Positions 9,539 to 18,633 of a DNA stretch of 64,000 nucleotides are shown here, piece after piece. The DNA is taken from the IMG/VR virus record IMGVR_UViG_3300037109_000068, positions 1 through 64,000 of that record; one strand, written 5' to 3'. Source of the DNA: a virus. The notes under the pieces are model-generated. The model did not search any database, was not told the DNA's origin, and worked only from the letters and a program-made list of their open reading frames with translations. Each line of letters opens with the position of its first letter. The stretch's first letter is position 1. The position numbers were made by a program, and so were the translations under genes.

Positions 9539-9952
9539 TTATTTCACAGTATATTCTGCTATTATATTGATAAACGTTCCTCCGCGTGGATTGAAATTGC
9601 TTGTTACTTTCATGTAACGTGGTTTACATACAGAAACACAGTCATCTAAAATTATATTTGTAATAGTTTCCATGAAAGAACCAAGATTCCTAAATGCAAG
9701 AAAATAAATCTTTAAACTTTTAGTTTCAATGCATAACTGATCTGGAATATATTCAATTGTAATTGTAGCAAAATCGGGCTGACCTGTTTTAGGACAAAGA
9801 CTAGTAAACTCATTGAAAATAAACTGAGTAACATAATTCCTTTGTGGAAATTTGTTTTGAAATGTTTCTAGCATTTCTGAGGTAGGATTATTATATACAT
9901 ACTTCGTCCCATGGTTTCCTAATTGAGTTAATTTTTTTATATCGTCTTTCAT
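9539..9952 (-). CDS. queF: NADPH-dependent 7-cyano-7-deazaguanine reductase QueF (unimodular type)
   Basis: Catalytic Cys motif SLCPKTGQPDFATI and QueF motif ETKSLKIYF. Confidence 0.9.
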   Translation of the reverse strand: MKDDIKKLTQLGNHGTKYVYNNPTSEMLETFQNKFPQRNYVTQFIFNEFTSLCPKTGQPDFATITIEYIPDQLCIETKSLKIYFLAFRNLGSFMETITNIILDDCVSVCKPRYMKVTSNFNPRGGTFINIIAEYTVK

Positions 9953-10809
9953 AGTTTTATTAATTGGATTAATTCATTTCTTGTATCAGCTTCATTTAAA
10001 AATACTCCTGTAAGACTTGAGGTAGTCATTACAGAATTTTGCTTACTTACACCTCGTTGACACATACATAAATGCTTTGCTTCAATAATGCAAGCAGCAC
10101 CTTTAGGTTGTAAATATTGCATTAAAGCATCAGTTACTTGCTTTCCTATTCGTTCTTGTATCTGTAAACGCTTAGCATATATATCAAGCAGGCGAGCAAG
10201 TTTAGATATTCCGACTATTTTTTTATCGGGAATATACGCAATGTGTGCTTTACCAAAGAAAGAAATCATGTGATGCTCACAAGTTGAGTACATTTCTATA
10301 TTTTTTAGTAAAACCATTTGATCTGTTGTATCATCTTCAAAGCAAGTAAAAATGTCTTTTGGATCTTGATGACACCCTGCAAACATTTCTCCATATGATT
10401 TAATTACACGTTTTGGAGTATCTCTAAGTCCTTCTCTTGTAACATCTTCTCCAATATATTGTAAAATACGTGTAATATTGTCTTGAATATTATCTTCACC
10501 TCCTGGACAAGCTGTTTCCCATGGCATAACTAACCATTTATTGGAATAAAATTGTGTTTCAAATAAAGCATGATAAGTTATATCATCTCCATATTTTTCA
10601 ACGTATGTCCCAAGAGTACATCCTGTAGAAATAACATCATCAAGAATAAAATTAGCATTTTCTGGCTTATGTACAATTTTAGCTTTTTTTAAAAATGCAG
10701 TTAAAATCATTCCACCTTTTGGAATTCCATAAACCGTATATTCTGGACGGTCAATTTTTTCAAGTCTTTCGAAAACTTCTTCCCAGCTTACATAGTATTT
10801 TGCATTCAT
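9949..10809 (-). CDS. folE: GTP cyclohydrolase I (FolE) with an N-terminal Gpt-like phosphoribosyltransferase domain
   Basis: C-terminal ~185 aa: LRDTPKRV, STCEHHM, HLCMCQRGV. N-terminal ~100 aa: KYYVSWEEV, GIPKGG, PRPP loop NFILDDVISTGCTL, VMPWE, as in E. coli Gpt. Confidence 0.85.
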   Translation of the reverse strand: MNAKYYVSWEEVFERLEKIDRPEYTVYGIPKGGMILTAFLKKAKIVHKPENANFILDDVISTGCTLGTYVEKYGDDITYHALFETQFYSNKWLVMPWETACPGGEDNIQDNITRILQYIGEDVTREGLRDTPKRVIKSYGEMFAGCHQDPKDIFTCFEDDTTDQMVLLKNIEMYSTCEHHMISFFGKAHIAYIPDKKIVGISKLARLLDIYAKRLQIQERIGKQVTDALMQYLQPKGAACIIEAKHLCMCQRGVSKQNSVMTTSSLTGVFLNEADTRNELIQLIKL

Positions 10810-11528
10810 AAAGCAAGTGCATTTTTTAAAACAACATCCCAGGTCCCTTCATAACTAACTGGATCAACTAAACCTAATTCATTAAATGAGAGAATTCTCT
10901 CAACACATGATCCACATTTTCCACAAGCAACAATTTGTTCTTTATAACACGTACGAGTCAACAGGTATGGTACTTCAGTAGAATTACTATATCCTATTCT
11001 AAGAATTTCTGCCTTCGAAATGTTCATAAAAGGAACATATAAACCTATTTTTCCGTCTGATGAGTGAGATATTGTTTTTTGTAATGATACTAAAAAATCT
11101 GGCCTACAATCTGGGTAAATATGATGGTCCCCAGCATGTACAGCTAATCCAATTGTATCTGCTCTTATTGATTCAGCAAATCCTGCCATAATAGATGCAA
11201 AGATTAAATTACGCCCTGGTACAACAGTTTTTCGCATATTATGATTATTGTAGTGACCTTCGGGAATTTTTTCACCTTGTGTTAATAAAGCAGAATTAAA
11301 ATATTGGAAAGTATATCGTAGATCAAATGTTGTATGATATACTCCATATCCTGCTTCTCTGTAAAATTGAACAAGATCTACTGCTGATTGCAATTCAAAT
11401 GCATTATGCTTTGATCCATAATAAAATGAACAGCAATGCACTTCATACTCTTGTCTTAATAATGTACCTAATAATGTAGCAGAATCCATTCCACCAGACA
11501 AGCCTATAACTATTTTATTCATATTCAA
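10806..11528 (-). CDS. queC: 7-cyano-7-deazaguanine synthase QueC
   Basis: PP-loop GLSGGMDS. C-terminal Zn site CGKCGSCVER. Confidence 0.9.
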   Translation of the reverse strand: MNMNKIVIGLSGGMDSATLLGTLLRQEYEVHCCSFYYGSKHNAFELQSAVDLVQFYREAGYGVYHTTFDLRYTFQYFNSALLTQGEKIPEGHYNNHNMRKTVVPGRNLIFASIMAGFAESIRADTIGLAVHAGDHHIYPDCRPDFLVSLQKTISHSSDGKIGLYVPFMNISKAEILRIGYSNSTEVPYLLTRTCYKEQIVACGKCGSCVERILSFNELGLVDPVSYEGTWDVVLKNALAL

Positions 11529-11600
11529 TTAGTTAAAAATTAATGATTAAAAAGTAAAAACCCAGATAAAATGAATTACACAATATCTGGGTTTTTTGTT

Positions 11601-12410
11601 TTATTTACCGAATTTATACAGACCATCTGCACTTTGAACAACCAACTTTGGAAATTGATTGTATTTAGGATTTTTGCAGTCCGTTAACAATGTTTGAAAA
11701 CTTGTAGCGGAAGCATCCGGGAATTTCTTTGCAAGCATTTCAATCAATTGAACTTTTGTATATTTTCCTTTTTCAATGAATGGCGAAATGAAAGCAATTC
11801 TTTCTTTGGTAAGTGTTCCTTTACTTCCTGCAGGTGATTTTACTTTAGTTTCAGTTTTTGCCTTTGCTGCAGGTTTTGCTTCTTCAACTACTTTTCTTAC
11901 CGCTTTCTTTGCAGGTTTTTCTTCGGGTACTTCTTCATCATCATCCGGAGCCTCTAACATGTCATCTGTATCCACTACATAATTCAGCATTTCTTCGCGA
12001 AGTTCATCAATGTCTTTTATTTTAAGATCTACGTCTTCGAATTCCGGGTAGGTCTTTGCAATTTCCTTCAATTCCTTCAATGTGGTAGCATCCTGGACAA
12101 ATTTGTAAACATTTACTTCTACTTCTTCTTCAGGCTCGTCTTCAGGTTCAACTTCTTCAACTACTACTTTTTTGATTGCTTTTCCTTTTGCAGGTTTTGC
12201 TACTTCTTTTTTTGCAGGTTCAGCAGTTACTTCGGCAATAATAGCACGAGTAGCATCTGATAATTCATCATCATCTGTAATAAAATCACTTGCTTCTTTT
12301 ATGCCTTGAATTAAGACATCTTCACCACCATCCAAATCAATACCGGTATCAAATCCAGGTAATTCATTAATTTCTGCTGCTGCTTTTTTCAACTGTTTTA
12401 AATTTGCCAT
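11601..12410 (-). CDS. acidic/Lys-rich protein with the conserved C-terminal TDCKNPKYN domain (paralog 1 of 3)
   Basis: The C-terminal ~65 aa align with the C-termini of ORFs 23962-24420 and 25746-26111 (FIEKG..T..LLTDCKNPKYNQFPKLV). AKPAK/EE-rich N-terminal part. Confidence 0.6.
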   Translation of the reverse strand: MANLKQLKKAAAEINELPGFDTGIDLDGGEDVLIQGIKEASDFITDDDELSDATRAIIAEVTAEPAKKEVAKPAKGKAIKKVVVEEVEPEDEPEEEVEVNVYKFVQDATTLKELKEIAKTYPEFEDVDLKIKDIDELREEMLNYVVDTDDMLEAPDDDEEVPEEKPAKKAVRKVVEEAKPAAKAKTETKVKSPAGSKGTLTKERIAFISPFIEKGKYTKVQLIEMLAKKFPDASATSFQTLLTDCKNPKYNQFPKLVVQSADGLYKFGK

Positions 12411-12597
12411 ACGTTTTAAAATTTTAAATTAATAATATTAAATTAAGTTCACTGTCAAAGCCAGGTTGCATTAAGCAGAGCCTGGCTTCTTCAAACAAAA
12501 CAACTAACTAATTAACCAACTTTTAAACCAATTACCATGAAAAACAAATATAACAATTATTTTTTAGCATTAAAATTTATTTTCAAAAAAGAATAAA

Positions 12598-12816
12598 TTA
12601 TTTACGAAGTTTTTCCAAATCCTCAATAGACATCTCTCTTAATTGACCATCTTGCTTTTCGGCAATTAAAGCATCAATTTTTTGATTATGTGCCTTATTA
12701 TCGGCAGCATTTCGTAATTCTTCATTTTCTTTCTTATTGGTGAGGTAGACATCTTTAAGAATATCAAATCTTAATTGATTTTCAACATCTACAGTGCTAC
12801 TACCCACTGCGAACAC
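12598..12816 (-). CDS. hypothetical coiled-coil protein
   Basis: 72-aa ORF between queE and the paralog gene. Confidence 0.35.
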   Translation of the reverse strand: MFAVGSSTVDVENQLRFDILKDVYLTNKKENEELRNAADNKAHNQKIDALIAEKQDGQLREMSIEDLEKLRK

Positions 12817-12842
12817 CCAAGTTGCAAGAGCATTTCTAACTA

Positions 12843-13463
12843 TTATTTAAACCCTGCAAATTTATGCATTTGAATTGAAAGTTTCCAACCTGGATTATTC
12901 TTTACAAATTCAACCGCACCTTTAATATTTTCCGTACTTTCCTTTGTATATGGATTCATAAAAATTATTGGAGAGATATAATATTCATCTGCACCTGAAA
13001 TGCTTCGTATATTTGGAAGATTAAGATTTTTGCTATCAAAAGGAAATCTAAATTCTCCACAAAATCCATCTTTAAAATCAGAATGCAATTGATCTAAATC
13101 TTTTGGAGAACAAGAAATATAATCAAATTGAAATGGTAAACTTATTGTGCCATTTGTCTCCAATAATTGAGCATAATTATCTTCAAAAAATTCACAAATT
13201 TCCTCAGTTAATTGTAAAAGAGGTTCTCCGCCTGTCCAAATGATATTCAAACATTTATATTTACTAATTTCATCCAAAATTTCCTCTACTGTCATTTCTT
13301 TATAAGCTACCCATTCAGTGTCACAGAAATCACAAGATAAATTGCATCCAGCAAGTCGAATAAATATAGCAGGCATTCCAGTATTAAATCCTTCTCCCTG
13401 TATGGAAAAAAAGATCTCATTTACTTTAAGCTTCATAACGTGCAGAAGTTTTATCGGTTTCAC
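12843..13463 (-). CDS. queE: 7-carboxy-7-deazaguanine synthase QueE (radical SAM)
   Basis: CNLSCDFCDT (CxxxCxxC) and GGEPLL motif. Confidence 0.85.
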   Translation of the reverse strand: MKPIKLLHVMKLKVNEIFFSIQGEGFNTGMPAIFIRLAGCNLSCDFCDTEWVAYKEMTVEEILDEISKYKCLNIIWTGGEPLLQLTEEICEFFEDNYAQLLETNGTISLPFQFDYISCSPKDLDQLHSDFKDGFCGEFRFPFDSKNLNLPNIRSISGADEYYISPIIFMNPYTKESTENIKGAVEFVKNNPGWKLSIQMHKFAGFK

Positions 13464-13821
13464 TAACTGTTACAGCATTTATTTTTATACCATCTCGATA
13501 TAGATCTGGTAGAAGTTCTTTGCATTTAATAAAGATTACACGTGCCATGTTTTCGGCAGTAGGATTACATAAAGATTCATTTGTAATGAAATATTGACCA
13601 TCATTTAAATCTTTATGGTCAAAAGTTTCATCAATCCATTTTTTAATAGGTTCAAGTCGTCTGTAATCAAAAACCATTCCAACACTATCTAAAATGTTTG
13701 AAACTAATTCTACGGTCACTTTATAATTATGACCATGAAACGTTGAACAAGGGTGATCCTCAGGCAATCTCCGAAGATGATGCCCTGCACTGAAATGAAA
13801 TTCTTTACTAATGGTATACAT
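13426..13821 (-). CDS. queD: 6-carboxy-5,6,7,8-tetrahydropterin synthase QueD
   Basis: FSAGHHL, CSTFHGHNYKV, and ETxxT-like end SETDKTSARYE. Confidence 0.9.
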   Translation of the reverse strand: MYTISKEFHFSAGHHLRRLPEDHPCSTFHGHNYKVTVELVSNILDSVGMVFDYRRLEPIKKWIDETFDHKDLNDGQYFITNESLCNPTAENMARVIFIKCKELLPDLYRDGIKINAVTVSETDKTSARYEA

Positions 13822-13911
13822 TTTTAAATTTTAAATTAAACAAATATTGAAATTATTTTTAAGTCTACAAATAGTATTCGTATTTATTTTTTAGTAAATT
13901 AGATTTATTGA

Positions 13912-15447
13912 TTACCAATAACTTGTGAGGAAAGGCAAACCCCTTCGTAAATTCTGTAAAACATGTACTTGATGGTTATTATCAAATTCACCTTCTCTTA
14001 TTACAATCTCGTTTATTCGCATAATTCCAAGAGCTTTTTCTCGACCATCTTTATCTTGATTCAATGCATAGAAAGCAGTTGGATGAGCATACTTTCTCTT
14101 ATCTTCAGAAAAGTTTTCCATTTTAACTAAATTCTTTGTATAAGCATTTGCGTCTGTTTGTGTAACCCAAATTACTAAAGCATGTCTTTCTTGTGATAAA
14201 CCACGACCATCCATCCAAATCTTATTTTGTTTATGGCGAAACTCTTTTACCGTTTCATCATCCATAATATCTGGGTAATCAAAGAAAATTACATCAGGCA
14301 TAAATCCTTCTTCCTTTTCCCAGATATCTAGTATCATTTTTGCTTTGCGTATTGATAACGTTCCATTGGAATGTGTTGATATTTTAAATTGCCGATTGTA
14401 CTTTATAAAAAACTTTGAAATTACTTCCTTTGCTTCATTACTTTCTAAAGGATATTTTATATTGATTTTTTTTAACCAAGGTGTTCCCCAACTATTCCTT
14501 TCAAAGTCCTCACAAATTCCACAAGGTTTATAATCTGAATTTTCTTTAAATGCTTTTTGAAGTTCATTGATTGTTATTTCATTTCGAATATAATCTGTAC
14601 TTAACTTTTCAAATACTCCATAATCTCCTCTACATTCCTCTCTAGTACATTGTCCAGTCTGATTGAAAATACAATCCTTTACAGGTTCAAACATTTTACC
14701 TACATACTTTTCAAGATTAGATTTTTTTGCAAGATGTACTGCTATTCTTTTTAATTGCTGTCCTTCAGTCATATCACCTGCCTGAAAGAATGCTACTTTT
14801 CGTTTTTGTTTTGCTGCGCGAATTGCAAGTTCAAGTAACCAAAATGACTTTCCACGTTTTTCAGAAGCCATGATAGCAACAAACCCGTCTCTAACCATTT
14901 GATCATTCCAAAACGTCCCTAATGCTCCAGGAAATTTAATAAGTACCTCATTGGAAGTTGTAAATGCTTTTTCTACTTTTTCAAGTACAGATTCATGACT
15001 TAAATCAATCCAATTGCCTGAATCTTTTGAAATAGGTTTAAATGATAATGCTTCTTTTTGTGCTTCAAGTAATTGACCTGTCTCAACTAATCCATTTATT
15101 TTTTCTGTATGCTTTCGTAAATGTTGTTCATTGAAATAAGTAATTGCCTCATCAACTAAATAATCAACATTTATACTATCATTTTCAAACTCCTGAGATA
15201 AACCATCTAATATATCTTCAATATCACTCACTAAATTTTTTGGCAAACCATTCTTTACTTTTTGATAGAATATGGTAGTTATTTCTTTGCCGGGTGATTT
15301 GTTGTATTTGTTAAAATATTCTAAACACCACGATGCTATACGTTTTGCCGTAGGTGATTCAAACAACGATAAATCCCATTTGCCTTGTAATTGTTGGATA
15401 AAATCCGTAGAAACAATAAGGCCCGTAATTAAGCGTCTTTCTATCAT
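13912..15447 (-). CDS. DnaB-family (SF4) replicative helicase with a Cys-rich insertion
   Basis: Walker A IMASEKRGKS, Walker B-like VIFFDYPD, DnaB-like N-terminal domain. Insert carries C..C..C and CGIC. Confidence 0.6.
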   Translation of the reverse strand: MIERRLITGLIVSTDFIQQLQGKWDLSLFESPTAKRIASWCLEYFNKYNKSPGKEITTIFYQKVKNGLPKNLVSDIEDILDGLSQEFENDSINVDYLVDEAITYFNEQHLRKHTEKINGLVETGQLLEAQKEALSFKPISKDSGNWIDLSHESVLEKVEKAFTTSNEVLIKFPGALGTFWNDQMVRDGFVAIMASEKRGKSFWLLELAIRAAKQKRKVAFFQAGDMTEGQQLKRIAVHLAKKSNLEKYVGKMFEPVKDCIFNQTGQCTREECRGDYGVFEKLSTDYIRNEITINELQKAFKENSDYKPCGICEDFERNSWGTPWLKKINIKYPLESNEAKEVISKFFIKYNRQFKISTHSNGTLSIRKAKMILDIWEKEEGFMPDVIFFDYPDIMDDETVKEFRHKQNKIWMDGRGLSQERHALVIWVTQTDANAYTKNLVKMENFSEDKRKYAHPTAFYALNQDKDGREKALGIMRINEIVIREGEFDNNHQVHVLQNLRRGLPFLTSYW

Positions 15448-16022
15448 CTTTCTGCTCTAAAATCGTTTCCTGTCATATTTACTATCTTACCCATGCTTTG
15501 AATTCTTGAAGGTATTCGATTGTCACCTAATTTTTCTCCTAATTCTTTTAAATCTAAATTGGAAGTAAAAACAGTGGTTAACATATTTTCATACCGCCTG
15601 TTGATTAACAAATAAAGCATTTGATAAGCCCACTCTGTTGATTTTTCTACTCCAAAGTCATCTAATACTAATAACTTTGCTTTACTATATCTATCTAAAA
15701 TTTCAATTTCACTTTCAGAAGAATTTTTAGCATAGCTACTTCTAAACTTTGAAAGCAATTCAACAGAGGAAATAAAAATATTAGTTTCTAAATCATAGTT
15801 ACTTTTTATATTTGCAACCATCATTTGAGCAGCATACACGGTCTTTCCTGTTCCATTCGGTCCCCAAATATACTTTCCTTCAATGTTTCCTTTTAATTCT
15901 TTTGGAAAAGGTACTTTTTGTAATGCTTCCCTTATGATAAGTGGAAATAAACAAAGTACTTTAGTAAAAAAGAAAGCATCTTCCTCTGGCCAAAACTTGG
16001 TAAAATTATTTACTTCTTTCAT
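15444..16022 (-). CDS. DnaC/IstB-like AAA+ helicase loader
   Basis: Walker A GPNGTGKT, Walker B LLVLDDFG. Overlaps the helicase gene start. Confidence 0.8.
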   Translation of the reverse strand: MKEVNNFTKFWPEEDAFFFTKVLCLFPLIIREALQKVPFPKELKGNIEGKYIWGPNGTGKTVYAAQMMVANIKSNYDLETNIFISSVELLSKFRSSYAKNSSESEIEILDRYSKAKLLVLDDFGVEKSTEWAYQMLYLLINRRYENMLTTVFTSNLDLKELGEKLGDNRIPSRIQSMGKIVNMTGNDFRAER

Positions 16023-16024
16023 TG

Positions 16025-16795
16025 TTATTTAGTATTAGTTATGTATTCATCTGAATCTCGAAAATTGCTACTTACAGCATTTTTATATATTTTTTTACTT
16101 TGGTTAGATTTTCCATTATATGAAGATTCATTCATTTCCCAAGTACGAATAGCTGCTTTCCAATTTTTCATTTTATTTTTGCCTATTAGCCATCCTTTGG
16201 ATGAATAAAAGTCAATAAACATTTTTGGATTTACTTTATTCTTTCTTTCTTGGCAATATTTATTTACTAATTCTAAAGAGGGTGGGATTATTGTTTCTTC
16301 TTTTATTGGAAGTGTAGATTCTTCACGCGTACGCGTTATATTCCTTTTTATTATTTTGTTATTATTATATTTGTTATTATTAATTGACCTCTCGTTTTGA
16401 AATGTCTTGCCCTCTCGTTTTGAGAGGTCTTGCCCTCTCACAAGTTTAGCTAAATTATCTAAATTTATTCTCAACCATTCTTTTGCAGGAATTCCTTTAG
16501 ACTTAATTTCTAAAATTCTTCTTTGGATTAATTCCTGCTTACAACGGCGAATAACACGTTCCCCTAAATTTAATTCCTCCATTTGACTTTCATGTGTTAG
16601 AAAGAACCAATCATCATTTTCAGGATTATTTTTTTGAAAATATTTTGATTTGCTAATATAATTTCCAAGAACGATTGCTTCAAGTAATCCTAATATTTGT
16701 ATTAAATTTTTGTTAACAACAATATATCCATTAGTATTGTATGCTTCTGAAACGAAATAATTGGTAATCGTTTGTTCTTCATTGTAAGGTTTCAT
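16025..16795 (-). CDS. replisome organizer / DnaD-like replication initiation protein
   Basis: C-terminal FIDFYSSKGWLIGKNKMKNWKAAIRTWE (DnaD/DnaB_2-type motif). N-terminal wHTH-like region. Lies upstream of the loader and helicase. Confidence 0.65.
   Translation of the reverse strand: MKPYNEEQTITNYFVSEAYNTNGYIVVNKNLIQILGLLEAIVLGNYISKSKYFQKNNPENDDWFFLTHESQMEELNLGERVIRRCKQELIQRRILEIKSKGIPAKEWLRINLDNLAKLVRGQDLSKREGKTFQNERSINNNKYNNNKIIKRNITRTREESTLPIKEETIIPPSLELVNKYCQERKNKVNPKMFIDFYSSKGWLIGKNKMKNWKAAIRTWEMNESSYNGKSNQSKKIYKNAVSSNFRDSDEYITNTK
16388..16440. repeat. 23-bp tandem direct repeat (2.3 copies) next to an AT-rich tract; candidate iterons/origin
   Basis: CCTCTCGTTTTGAAATGTCTTGC / CCTCTCGTTTTGAGAGGTCTTGC / CCTCTCA inside the organizer gene linker. 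Flanked at 16340-16385 by a pure A/T stretch. Confidence 0.4.
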
Positions 16796-16969
16796 AGATT
16801 AGAAGTTTAAAATAGGAAACCCAATGATTTCAGCGGTGCCGCGCTTACTTTCACTGGGTCCTATCCTTAATTACTTATATTTTGCTAGATATGGCACTAT
16901 CTATTGTTTTAATCAGAAAACAAATATAAAAAACAATTTTATTACTTCCAAATAAATTATTAGTATTTT

Positions 16970-17395
16970 TTATCTTCTGAAACGTAGCCCTAATTCTGCT
17001 TCACAAGTTTCCCTAGTATCTGGGTGAACAAAGCAACATAATTCCTTATCTGATTTTGCCATAAGGTATTCTAAAGTTAAATATTTATTATGTGCTTGAG
17101 CATTTTGCATTGCATTTTTTCGAGCAGTGCTTATAAGTTCAAATTCAATATCGAAATCTTCTTTTTGATTTAAACCTAAAAGTATTTGGTTTTTAAGTGA
17201 TTTATAACCTGTAGTTGAATCTGTTAATGTTAGCATAATTGCAACTGCAAGATTTGTGCAAAGGCTATTATTAATTCCCCAGTCAAACAAAGGAACATTG
17301 TATTTGTACTGTGACTTAATTTCCTTGGAGTTTAACAACTTTCCATTTAGATAAACGGTTTTTGTGGCTGTTATACCTTTTAAAGTGTGTTTCAT
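16970..17395 (-). CDS. hypothetical protein
   Basis: 141-aa ORF on the same strand as the replication operon. Confidence 0.45.
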   Translation of the reverse strand: MKHTLKGITATKTVYLNGKLLNSKEIKSQYKYNVPLFDWGINNSLCTNLAVAIMLTLTDSTTGYKSLKNQILLGLNQKEDFDIEFELISTARKNAMQNAQAHNKYLTLEYLMAKSDKELCCFVHPDTRETCEAELGLRFRR

Positions 17396-17400
17396 GATTT

Positions 17401-17688
17401 TTAGTTTAAATTGGTTAATAGTTTTAGTGACAATTCTAAAGCTCGTTTGTGGATAAATTCAATAGGTTGATACTTATTGTTATGAAAGGCCAAACGGGAA
17501 AAAGTATAATCATAAGTATCTACAATAGTTTGATAACTATGTATAGTTCGAACAAATAGATATTTTACATTTTCCTGTCTCATTTCTGCGCTAGTTTTTT
17601 CAATTTTTGTTTTCAAGTTTAAATGGGCTTGAAAGAGAATATGACTTAGCGCTTGATATGGGTTATTAAGCATCCATAAAGTATTCAT
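17401..17688 (-). CDS. hypothetical protein
   Basis: 95-aa ORF, tightly spaced with neighbours. Confidence 0.4.
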   Translation of the reverse strand: MNTLWMLNNPYQALSHILFQAHLNLKTKIEKTSAEMRQENVKYLFVRTIHSYQTIVDTYDYTFSRLAFHNNKYQPIEFIHKRALELSLKLLTNLN

Positions 17689-17697
17689 AATTTTTAT

Positions 17698-18633
17698 TTA
17701 AGTTAATATTTGTTTTACTAAATAATCAGCTTCCTTTTGTTCCATTGATCCTGGGTCTCCTTTAATTTCAACACGAAATGCATTAACACCACGGAATTTT
17801 AATTCTCCTATTAAAATAGTTGCTTTTTCATGTGCTGCTAATTCTTTTGAAGTTGTACTTGGGCCATCAAAAATTACTGCGACTCGTTTAAACATTTTTG
17901 ATATAAGATGTACTTGATCGGTAGTAAACCCGATTCCTGACGTAGCAAACGACGATCGACCCAAGCGCCATACATCGGAGGGACCTTCAACACAGATCCC
18001 GGTCTCGAATTTCTCTTGCCGTAGTAAACGACTCATGTATAGTATTGATTTATGCGGCATGATTTCTCGATCTTTTGGACAAGCCATATATTTTGAAATG
18101 TGTTGATCTGTTATATCTCTCGCATCGAATGAAACAATATTTCCTTTCCAATAAAATGGAATTACAATGCGAAATCTATAATCTATACTATAATCCTTGT
18201 CTTTAATTCGACTAATAGGACCTGTTCCGAGCAACCCAAATTCTTTTTCTAGTTTATCAGGATCAAAATTTCTACTTTCTAAATATTTTTTATGACTTGT
18301 TTGCAAAGGAAGAGAATTACTTGGGAGTTTAAAAGGTTTAGTATTTAACAATACAACAGGTTCTTTATGAAAAGTTTTACCTCCATATTGTTTTGATATT
18401 GATCTTGCTTCCTTTTCACTTACACCAAGTAATTTAGAAATCGTTAGTTCAATGGGTTTCCACCCACATCGCCAACATACATAGAAGTCTTGATCTAGAT
18501 TATAAGAGAGATGCGGGCCGGGGTTTCCTGTACAAAATGGACAATCAATATTAACAAACCCCGGCCTACATTGTTTATATCCCTCGGTAAAATGAGGGAT
18601 ATTGTAATCAGTATAGAATTGAATTATGTCCAT
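17698..18633 (-). CDS. DNA primase (zinc finger + TOPRIM)
   Basis: CPFC..x..CWRCGW zinc finger. TOPRIM CVEGPSDVW and VIFDGP. Confidence 0.8.
   Translation of the reverse strand: MDIIQFYTDYNIPHFTEGYKQCRPGFVNIDCPFCTGNPGPHLSYNLDQDFYVCWRCGWKPIELTISKLLGVSEKEARSISKQYGGKTFHKEPVVLLNTKPFKLPSNSLPLQTSHKKYLESRNFDPDKLEKEFGLLGTGPISRIKDKDYSIDYRFRIVIPFYWKGNIVSFDARDITDQHISKYMACPKDREIMPHKSILYMSRLLRQEKFETGICVEGPSDVWRLGRSSFATSGIGFTTDQVHLISKMFKRVAVIFDGPSTTSKELAAHEKATILIGELKFRGVNAFRVEIKGDPGSMEQKEADYLVKQILT

Noticed and set aside
12440-12500. Hairpin AAGCCAGG-15 nt-CCTGGCTT between the 72-aa ORF and the paralog gene
   Set aside because: The loop is long and there is no clear U-tract beyond the stem. It is recorded as a possible terminator only, not listed as a feature.
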